In this document: positions 27,093-35,558 of the stretch, piece after piece | How the letters are laid out: each line of letters starts with the position of its first letter | Position numbering within the stretch: position 1 is the first letter of the stretch | DNA from: Gammaproteobacteria bacterium | GTDB taxonomy: Bacteria > Pseudomonadota > Gammaproteobacteria > Steroidobacterales > Steroidobacteraceae | Assembly: GCA_043751915.1 (NCBI GenBank) | Contig: JAYUZI010000081.1 | Span: 1-35,558 of the forward strand | DNA length: 35,558 bases | Direction: 5' to 3' | Position numbers and translations under genes: made by a program | The notes under the pieces: model-generated | Told to the model about the DNA's origin: nothing | Databases searched by the model: none | The model's input: only the letters and a program-made list of their open reading frames with translations

Positions 27093-27416
27093 TCAGCGTT
27101 CCAGGAGCCCCAGCTTACCGGGCTTGCCGTCCCATTCCTTCGCGTCAGCCGGCGGCGTGCCGCGCTCGGCGATCACCGGCCACAGCTTGGCCAGTTCGGC
27201 GTTGAGCGCCGTGAATTTCTCCTGTCCGGCGGGCAGTTCTTCCTCGGAGTAGATGGCTTCGGCCGGGCATTCCGGTTCGCACAGCGTGCAGTCGATGCAC
27301 TCATCCGGGTCGATGACCAGGAAGTTCGGGCCGACGTGGAAACAATCCACGGGGCAGACCTCCACGCAGTCCATGTACTTGCACTTGATGCAGTTTTCGG
27401 TGACGACGAAGGTCAT
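27093..27416 (-). CDS. fdxA: 7Fe ferredoxin (Azotobacter FdI type, [3Fe-4S][4Fe-4S])
   Basis: The 107-aa protein starts [27 protein letters not shown] and continues [14 protein letters not shown]. Confidence 0.93.
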   Translation of the reverse strand: MTFVVTENCIKCKYMDCVEVCPVDCFHVGPNFLVIDPDECIDCTLCEPECPAEAIYSEEELPAGQEKFTALNAELAKLWPVIAERGTPPADAKEWDGKPGKLGLLER

Positions 27417-27526
27417 TGAGGCTCCGGATCGGACGGGGCGCAAACGGGCGCGCCAGGGGAACCGCGCTATTGTGCCAAAGGCCAACGCCAGCGCAAGCGC
27501 AGCGGTGCCATAAGCGTATGCAGGCG

Positions 27527-28075
27527 CTAGTGCGCTGGGCGCTCGATATCGTGGAAATGGATGCGTTCGAGCTGCTCGCGCCGGTCGGCGAGGAAGCGTT
27601 CGAGGGCGAAGCGGATGCTGGCGAAGGCGATTTTCTGCCAGGGGATCTCGGCCTCCGCGAACAGTGCCGTTTCCAGGCTTTCTACCCCGACGCCATAGTC
27701 CGCGGCGCGCATCCGGGCCCGGAACATCACGTGCACCTGCGCGGCGTGCAGCACGTTGACCACGCTCAGCAGCGTCCCCACTTCGACCTCGGCCAGCGCT
27801 TCTTCGGCGGTCTCGCGCGCCGCCGCGGTGTGCATCGATTCGCCGATCTCGAGGAAGCCCGCGGGCGCGGTCCAGTAGCCGCGCCGCGGCTCGATGGCGC
27901 GCCGGCACAGCAGGATGCGGCCCTGCCATTCGGGCACGCAGCCGACCACCACGCGCGGGTTTTCGTAGTGCACGGCGCCGCAGCTGTCGCATACGGCGCG
28001 CGGCAGCTGGTCACCCTCGGGGATCCGCCGGTGTACGGGCTGGCCGCAGCTGGAACAGAATTTCATGACGGGCAT
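27527..28075 (-). CDS. Nudix hydrolase with an N-terminal zinc ribbon
   Basis: The zinc ribbon is CSSCGQPV...CDSCGAVHY. The Nudix box is [23 protein letters not shown]. It is 182 aa, and the rest of the 591-aa ORF is antisense to queA. Confidence 0.85.
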   Translation of the reverse strand: MPVMKFCSSCGQPVHRRIPEGDQLPRAVCDSCGAVHYENPRVVVGCVPEWQGRILLCRRAIEPRRGYWTAPAGFLEIGESMHTAAARETAEEALAEVEVGTLLSVVNVLHAAQVHVMFRARMRAADYGVGVESLETALFAEAEIPWQKIAFASIRFALERFLADRREQLERIHFHDIERPAH

Positions 28076-28122
28076 GGTGGCCTGTGATCGGGGGATTCGG
28101 GTATCGTACTCGAATTGCCCAC

Positions 28123-28207
28123 GGCCTCGTGGCGGAACTGGTAGACGCAGTCGACTCAAAATCGACCGGGCTTGCCCATCTCGGTTCGACTCCGAGCGAG
28201 GCCACCA
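28123..28207 (+). tRNA. tRNA-Leu (anticodon CAA)
   Basis: An 85-nt cloverleaf can be drawn. The acceptor stem is GGCCTCG/CGAGGCC and the D arm is GCG-GAACTGGTAGA-CGC. The anticodon stem GTCGA/TCGAC carries the loop CTCAAAA. A long variable arm is followed by the T arm CTCGG-TTCGACT-CCGAG, discriminator A and an encoded CCA. Confidence 0.92.
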
Positions 28208-28219
28208 CCCCTGACCCGA

Positions 28220-30381
<2,162 letters not shown>

Positions 30382-30455
30382 TGCCGCCCTGTTTCGCACC
30401 CGGGGTGGGTCCGCACGCCCCGCACATCGTCTGAAAACCACCGGAAGGTCTGCCC

Positions 30456-30785
30456 ATGGATTTCCTGATTTCACCAGCATATGCACAGGCTGCGGGTGCG
30501 CCCGCGGGCGCAGGGTTCAGCCAGATTCTGATCCTGGTCGTGTTCGTCGCGATCTTCTATTTCATGCTGATCCGGCCACAGCAGAAGCGCCAGAAGGAAC
30601 AGCAGGCGATGCTGGCCAAGCTGGCCAGTGGTGATGAGGTGGTCACCAGCGGCGGAATCCTCGGGCGCATCAGCGAGGTCGGCGACAGTTTTGTCACGCT
30701 CGAAGTGGCGGACGGCGTGCGCATCCGCGTGCAGCGCGGCCAGATTTCGCAGCTCATGCCCAAGGGCACGCTCAAGGGCGCCTGA
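30456..30785 (+). CDS. yajC: Preprotein translocase subunit YajC
   Basis: It has a single TM segment and the motifs FYFMLIRPQQKRQKE and GDEVVTSGGILGRI. The product is 109 aa. Confidence 0.93.
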   Translation: MDFLISPAYAQAAGAPAGAGFSQILILVVFVAIFYFMLIRPQQKRQKEQQAMLAKLASGDEVVTSGGILGRISEVGDSFVTLEVADGVRIRVQRGQISQLMPKGTLKGA

Positions 30786-30794
30786 GAGAAACTC

Positions 30795-32666
30795 ATGCTG
30801 GAATTCCCGCGCTGGAAATACACGCTGGTCGCGCTCGTCATGCTGCTGGCGCTGATGTTCGCGTTGCCGAATTTCTTCGGCACCGATCCGGCGCTGCAGG
30901 TGGCGCGCAAGAACCGCCTGCCGATGGACGAGTTCGCACGCCAGGCGGTCGAGCAGGTGCTGAACACCCGCGCCGCGCCGTTTCGCGGCGCCTACGTCGA
31001 CGACGGCAAGCTGATCGTCCGCTTCGCCAGCGTCGCCGATCAGCTCAAGGCGCGGGACACGGTCAACGAGTCCCTGGCCGCCGACTACGTTTCCGCGCTG
31101 ACCACCGCCTCGCGGGCTCCGGCGGCGCTGCGGCGCTTCGGCCTGCGGCCCATGCCGCTCGGCCTCGATCTGCGCGGCGGCCTGTACCTTTTGTATCAGG
31201 TGGACGTGAACGGCGCGGTGGCGCAGCTGCTCGAAAGCTACGACCAGGGGTTCCGGCGCACGCTGGCTGGCGCCAACCTGCCGTTCACCGATATCACCAC
31301 CTACACCGGCAGCAAGAGCTCCATCGCCAACGCGCTGCGCGTGTCGCTGCCCGCCGGCGCCGATGTGGGCGCGGTGCGCGAGGCGCTCCGCAAGGGCAAC
31401 GGCGACCTGACTTTCAGCATCGGCAGCAGCGATTCGGGCCCGACCATCGACATGGAAATGTCCCCGACCCAGGTCAAGGCCCGTCAGGATTACGCGCTGC
31501 AGAAGAACATTACGACGCTCCGCAACCGCGTCAATGAACTGGGCGTTTCCGAGCCGATCGTTGCGCAGCAGGGGATCGATCGTATCAACGTGCAGTTGCC
31601 CGGCGTGCAGAACTCCGCCGAGGTCAAGGACATCCTCGGTAAGGTGGCGACCCTGGAGTTCCGACTCGAGGATTCGCAGAACAACGCCGGCGAAGCCAAG
31701 CAGCGTGGCCGCGCGCCGCTCGGCTCCAAGCTCTACGACATGGATGGCCGTCCGGTGCTGCTCAAGCGCGAGCTGATCGCCACCGGCGACCAGCTCACCA
31801 ACGCCACCTCGAGTTCGGGCAATGAAGGTCCCGAGGTCAACGTCACGCTCAACGGCCAGGGCGGCGATTCGATGCTGCGCAACACGCGGCTCAACGTCAG
31901 GAAACGCATGGCAGTGGTCTACATCGAGAAGAGCCGCGAGAGCCACGTGGTCGACGGCCAGAAAACCTCGCACGATGTCACGACCGAAAAGATCATCAGC
32001 CTGGCGACGATCCAGGCGGTCTTGAGCAACCAGTTCCGCATCACCGGCCTGACTGCCATCGAGTCACGGGAGCTGGCCCTGCTGATGCGCTCCGGGTCGC
32101 TGTCGGCGCCGATCTTCGCGGTCGAGGAGCGCACCATCGGTCCGAGCCTCGGCGCCGAGAACATCCGCAAAGGCGTGCAGGCACTGGTCATCGGCATGCT
32201 GGCGGTGTTTGCATTCATGGCGCTCTACTACCAGCGCTTCGGCTGGGTGGCCAACCTGGTGCTGCTGGCGAACGTCGTGCTGCTTACCGCGTTGCTGTCG
32301 ATGCTGCGCGCGACACTCTCACTGCCTGGCATCGCCGGCATCATCCTTACCGTGGGCATCGCCGTGGACGCCAACGTGCTGATCTATGAGCGCATCCGCG
32401 AGGAGCTGCGCAATGGCGTGTCGCCGCAGGCGGCGATCCGCGCCGGCTTCGACAAGGCCTTCTCGGCGATCCTCGATTCGAACGTTACGGCCTTTATTGC
32501 CGGCCTGGTGCTGTGGGTGGTGGGGCGCGGGGCGATTCGCGGTTTCGCGGTGGTGCTGACGCTGGGCATCCTCACCTCGATGTTCACCTCGCTAATGGGC
32601 AGCCGGGCGTTGATCACCCTCATGTATGGCGGGCGCCGCAAGCTCGACCGCCTCTCGATCGGGTAA
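30795..32666 (+). CDS. secD: Protein translocase subunit SecD
   Basis: The N-terminus is MLEFPRWKYTLVALVMLLALMFALPNFFG. It has a large periplasmic domain and a C-terminal 6-TM SecD/F block. The product is 623 aa. Confidence 0.95.
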   Translation: MLEFPRWKYTLVALVMLLALMFALPNFFGTDPALQVARKNRLPMDEFARQAVEQVLNTRAAPFRGAYVDDGKLIVRFASVADQLKARDTVNESLAADYVSALTTASRAPAALRRFGLRPMPLGLDLRGGLYLLYQVDVNGAVAQLLESYDQGFRRTLAGANLPFTDITTYTGSKSSIANALRVSLPAGADVGAVREALRKGNGDLTFSIGSSDSGPTIDMEMSPTQVKARQDYALQKNITTLRNRVNELGVSEPIVAQQGIDRINVQLPGVQNSAEVKDILGKVATLEFRLEDSQNNAGEAKQRGRAPLGSKLYDMDGRPVLLKRELIATGDQLTNATSSSGNEGPEVNVTLNGQGGDSMLRNTRLNVRKRMAVVYIEKSRESHVVDGQKTSHDVTTEKIISLATIQAVLSNQFRITGLTAIESRELALLMRSGSLSAPIFAVEERTIGPSLGAENIRKGVQALVIGMLAVFAFMALYYQRFGWVANLVLLANVVLLTALLSMLRATLSLPGIAGIILTVGIAVDANVLIYERIREELRNGVSPQAAIRAGFDKAFSAILDSNVTAFIAGLVLWVVGRGAIRGFAVVLTLGILTSMFTSLMGSRALITLMYGGRRKLDRLSIG

Positions 32667-32676
32667 GGAGAGTACG

Positions 32677-33612
32677 GTGGAATTCTTCAAGAAAGCCACG
32701 AGCTTTCCTTTCATGTCGACGCGCAAGCTGTGGTACGGCTTGTCACTGGGGCTGATGGCGCTGGCCATCGGTTCGTTTTTCATCCGCGGCCTGAACCTCG
32801 CGGTCGATTTCACCGGCGGCGTGCAGGTGCAGGCGGGCTTCACCAACGCGGTGAACATCGATGCCCTGCGCAGCGGGCTCGAGGGCGCAGGTTTTCACGA
32901 ACCACAGGTGCAGATCCTCGGCTCCTCGCGCGAGGCGGCGATCCGGCTGCCGCCGCAGACCGGCCAGAGTGGCGATGTGATCCGCGCGCGCATCGAAACC
33001 GTGCTGCACGGGATCGATCCCAAGGCCGACATCACCAGCCTCGATGTGGTGGGTCCGCAGGTGGGCGACGAGCTCACGCGCGGCGCGATTGGCGCGCTGA
33101 GCGCGACACTGGCGTTGATTTTTCTCTACATCGCCTTCCGTTTTCACACCTGGCGCCTGTCGCTGGGCGCCATCCTCGCCGTGCTTCACGACCCGATCCT
33201 GGTGCTGGGCGCGTTTTCGGTCTGGCATACCTCGTTCGACCTGCCGGTGGTTTCGGCGATGCTCGCGGTCATTGGTTATTCCCTGAACGACACGGTCGTG
33301 GTGTTCGACCGCATCCGCGAGCGATTCGAGGGCAGCCGGCGGCTCGAGCCGGTGGCGGTGCTCGATCAATCGATCAACCAGACGCTGTCGCGCACCATCA
33401 TGACCAAGGTCGTGACGTTGATCGTGGTCGTGGCGCTGTACGCGCTCGGCGGCCAGGCGCTCAAGGGCTTCTCGGAGGCGCTGATCATTGGCATCCTCGC
33501 CGGCACCTACTCCTCGATCTACATCTCGAGCGCCATCGCGCTTGATTGCGGCTTGAAAGCCGAGCACCTGCTGCCGATCTCGGTGAAGCGACCGGTAGAC
33601 GACCTGCCCTAA
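32677..33612 (+). CDS. secF: Protein translocase subunit SecF
   Basis: GTG 32677 is preceded by AAGGAG. The protein starts VEFFKKATSFPFMSTRKLWYGLS...GLNLAVDFTGG and includes YSLNDTVVVFDRIRE. Confidence 0.9.
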   Translation: MEFFKKATSFPFMSTRKLWYGLSLGLMALAIGSFFIRGLNLAVDFTGGVQVQAGFTNAVNIDALRSGLEGAGFHEPQVQILGSSREAAIRLPPQTGQSGDVIRARIETVLHGIDPKADITSLDVVGPQVGDELTRGAIGALSATLALIFLYIAFRFHTWRLSLGAILAVLHDPILVLGAFSVWHTSFDLPVVSAMLAVIGYSLNDTVVVFDRIRERFEGSRRLEPVAVLDQSINQTLSRTIMTKVVTLIVVVALYALGGQALKGFSEALIIGILAGTYSSIYISSAIALDCGLKAEHLLPISVKRPVDDLP

Positions 33613-33621
33613 GGAGCGCGC

Positions 33622-34362
33622 ATGCTGGCGATGCTCTCCGATCCGTCCACCTGGGTGGCCTTTGCGACGCTCTCGTTGCTCGAGATCGTGCTGGGCATCG
33701 ACAACGTCATCTTCCTGGCCATCCTGGTCGGACGGCTCCCGCCCGAGCGGCAACCGCGCGCGCGGGTCGTGGGCCTCGCGCTTGCCATGTTGACGCGCAT
33801 CGCGCTGCTGTTCTCGATCGTGTGGCTGATTCGCCTGACCAAACCCTGGTTCTCGTTGCTGGGGCAGGAGATTTCCGGTCGCGATCTGATCCTGGCCGGC
33901 GGTGGCCTGTTCCTGCTCGCCAAGAGCGTGCTCGAGATTCACCACACGCTGGAGGGCGCCGCCGCGGAGCACCGCGCGCGCGCGCTGGCCAGTTTCGCCG
34001 CCATCGTCGTGCAAATCGCGATCATCGACATCGTGTTCTCGCTCGATTCGGTCTTCACGGCAGTGGGACTGGCGCGCCCCGACCAGGTGCCGGTCATGGT
34101 CGCCGCCATCGTCCTTTCCATCATCGTCATGATGTGGCTGTCGGGGCCGATCTCCGAGTTCGTGGAGACGCACCCCACGATCAAGATCCTCGCGCTGGCA
34201 TTTCTGATCCTGGTCGGCGTAGCGCTGATCGCCGAGGGAATGGACTTCCACATCCCGAAGGGCTACCTGTACTTCGCGATGGCGTTCTCGGTACTGGTCG
34301 AGATGATCAATATCCGCCTGCGCCGGCTCCTCGACGCGCGGCGCCAGCGGCGCGCGTCCTGA
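33622..34362 (+). CDS. TerC-family integral membrane protein
   Basis: The motifs LLEIVLGIDNVIFLAIL and IDIVFSLDSVFTAVG are present. The protein is 246 aa and starts 9 nt after secF. Confidence 0.85.
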   Translation: MLAMLSDPSTWVAFATLSLLEIVLGIDNVIFLAILVGRLPPERQPRARVVGLALAMLTRIALLFSIVWLIRLTKPWFSLLGQEISGRDLILAGGGLFLLAKSVLEIHHTLEGAAAEHRARALASFAAIVVQIAIIDIVFSLDSVFTAVGLARPDQVPVMVAAIVLSIIVMMWLSGPISEFVETHPTIKILALAFLILVGVALIAEGMDFHIPKGYLYFAMAFSVLVEMINIRLRRLLDARRQRRAS

Positions 34363-34393
34363 GTGTGAGCAGGCCCTGGATCGCAGCAGCGGG

Positions 34394-34876
34394 CTATTCG
34401 GCCAGTTGCTGCAGCGGTGCGCCAGTGAGCCGGTAAATACACCATTCGTCCAGGGCCACGGCGCCGAGCTGCAGATAGAAGTCGATCGCCAGGGCGTTCC
34501 ACTTGAGCGCCGACCATTCGAGCCGACCGCAGCCGCGCGCCACGACTTCCCGCGCCAGGTGCTGCAGCAGCGCCTTGCCCACCCCACGCTTGCGAAACGC
34601 CGGATCGACGAACAGGTCTTCGAGGTAGATTCCCGGCCTGGCGAGGAAGGTCGAATAATTGTGGAAGTACAGCGCGAAGCCCGCTGGCCGCGCATCGCAA
34701 TCGGCGAGCACCACCTCGGCGTAGCGCCGCTCGCCGAACAGCGTCGCGCGCAGCGCCGCCTCGGTGGCGACGACTTCGGGTTCCAGGTGTTCGTAGACGC
34801 CGAGCGCGCGGATGAAGCGCAGGATCTGCGGTACGTCGCCCGGTTCGGCGTTGCGGAGCGTGACCATGCTCCGCAT
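34394..34876 (-). CDS. GNAT-family N-acetyltransferase (diamine/SSAT-like)
   Basis: The acetyl-CoA motif is LFVDPAFRKRGVGKALL and the protein is 160 aa. An alternative start is ATG 34867. Confidence 0.85.
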   Translation of the reverse strand: MRSMVTLRNAEPGDVPQILRFIRALGVYEHLEPEVVATEAALRATLFGERRYAEVVLADCDARPAGFALYFHNYSTFLARPGIYLEDLFVDPAFRKRGVGKALLQHLAREVVARGCGRLEWSALKWNALAIDFYLQLGAVALDEWCIYRLTGAPLQQLAE

Positions 34877-34963
34877 TCTAAGGCCTGGCTGCCGGGCTTG
34901 GGGGCGGGCGGCGCTGCGGCGGACCGTCGCTGGCCTCGAGGCTCGTGTAGCTGCAGCAGCCGC

Positions 34964-35558
34964 TCAGCTTTGCTTGGCAAGCCCGCTGTGGCGGTACGAG
35001 TACAGGGCATAGATCGCGAGTCCCGCGGCGGACCAGATGAAGAACGCTTTCCAGGTGATCGCGGGAAGCCCGCCCATGAGGAATGCGCAGAAGCCCATGC
35101 CGAGTACCGGTACCAACGGAACCCACGGTGTCCGGAACGGACGCTTGAGTTCCGGGCGGGTCCTGCGCAGCACGATGACGCTGGTGCACACCAGAAAAAA
35201 GGCCGCGAGCGTGCCCAGGTTGACCAACTGAGCCACTTTGCCAATCGGCGACAGGCCTGCGATCAGGGCGATGACGATGCCAGATCCCAGGATGAGGCGG
35301 ACTGGCGTCTGTGTCCTGGGATTGACTTTGGCCAGTGGCATGGGCAGGAGTCCGTCGCGCGACATCGCCAGCACCACACGGGTCAGGCCGAAAAAAAGCA
35401 CCAGCATCACTGTGGTGATGCCGGCCAAAGCGCCGATCGAGATCAGGGCTTCTGCCCAACCGATGCCGAGCTGCTTGAGTGCATCGGCGATCGGCGCCTT
35501 GATGTCAATCTGGTCGTAATGCACGACGCCGGTGAGGATGCCAGACACCACGATGTAA
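34964..35558 (-). CDS. Amino-acid permease (APC superfamily), C-terminal part; the 5' end lies outside the window
   Basis: The frame is open to the window edge. The translated part is hydrophobic, with TM segments and APC-like blocks (FFGLTRVVLAMSRDGLLP, LVNLGTLAAFFLV and RPFRTPWVPLVPVLG). Confidence 0.85.
   Translation of the reverse strand, partial: YIVVSGILTGVVHYDQIDIKAPIADALKQLGIGWAEALISIGALAGITTVMLVLFFGLTRVVLAMSRDGLLPMPLAKVNPRTQTPVRLILGSGIVIALIAGLSPIGKVAQLVNLGTLAAFFLVCTSVIVLRRTRPELKRPFRTPWVPLVPVLGMGFCAFLMGGLPAITWKAFFIWSAAGLAIYALYSYRHSGLAKQS

Noticed and set aside
27472-27510. Two TGGCAC motifs on the - strand upstream of fdxA, suggesting a sigma-54 promoter.
   Set aside because: Neither is followed by the required TTGC or GC element at the fixed 5-nt spacing. 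One is 3 nt out of register and the other has CG in place of GC.
30402-30421. A GGGGTG-loop-CACGCCCC hairpin between tgt and yajC, considered as a terminator or attenuator.
   Set aside because: It is a 6-bp stem including a G-U pair with no following U-tract, and queA-tgt-yajC-secDF is a well-known co-transcribed arrangement. The evidence is not enough to call it a feature.
33613-33621. A possible Mn-responsive yybP-ykoY riboswitch upstream of the TerC-family gene.
   Set aside because: Only 9 nt separate the secF stop from the TerC-family start, so there is no room for a structured leader.
34933-34942. A 10-nt perfect palindrome GCCTCGAGGC, with a nearby GCTGCAGC, between the permease and GNAT genes.
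   Set aside because: Both are short GC-rich palindromes that are common by chance at this base composition. They are too short for a stable hairpin and resemble no known operator.
32743-35244. An 833-aa ORF on the - strand spanning secF, the TerC-family gene, the GNAT gene and the permease gene.
   Set aside because: It is antisense or out of frame to four well-supported genes. Its Arg/His/Asp/Gln-rich, low-complexity translation has no recognisable motifs. Very long stop-free antisense frames are expected in GC-rich DNA.

Overview
This 35.6 kb window is visibly GC-rich and looks like core proteobacterial chromosome; the gene order (xerD-dsbC, queA-tgt-yajC-secD-secF) is gammaproteobacterial in style. 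I can support 36 protein-coding genes, one tRNA-Leu(CAA) and one TPP (THI-box) riboswitch, plus a few candidate regulatory sites. I see no CRISPR array, transposase, phage integrase, toxin-antitoxin pair or recognisable defence genes, and no convincing new multi-gene system, so all interest scores are moderate or low.

Genes from left to right:
- A secreted protease with two retropepsin-like domains, convergent with a glycine-zipper lipoprotein.
- A long + strand cluster (1919-10536): a ModF-like twin-ABC ATPase broken by one in-frame TGA, a degenerate beta-lactamase-fold protein, an MFS transporter, a gamma-carbonic-anhydrase-like protein, a periplasmic adaptor, an ABC ATPase and two FtsX-type permeases.
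- A PhzF-family gene on the - strand.
- A TPP-riboswitch-led operon: TonB-dependent receptor, PnuC-like transporter and ThiK-like kinase, followed closely by a 2Fe-2S ferredoxin and a membrane-anchored RraB-like gene.
- A compact - strand run: PlsC-like acyltransferase, ETF-ubiquinone oxidoreductase, ZapE, a 1590-aa NAD-glutamate dehydrogenase and GpmA.
- xerD-dsbC, fdxA, a Nudix hydrolase, tRNA-Leu followed by queA-tgt-yajC-secD-secF, a TerC-family gene, a GNAT acetyltransferase and a 5'-truncated amino-acid permease.

Most notable observations:
- The in-frame stop in the ModF-like gene.
- The riboswitch, whose 3' conserved strand carries the Shine-Dalgarno sequence (SD) of a TTG-initiated receptor gene.
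- A perfect TGTGA-N6-TCACA palindrome in the plsC-like/xerD divergent region.
- tRNA-Leu ending 12 nt before the queA start codon.
- An AT-rich tandem repeat at the left edge.

All calls rest on reading the sequence and the supplied translations by eye. No searches or folding calculations were run, and start codons are the least certain part.
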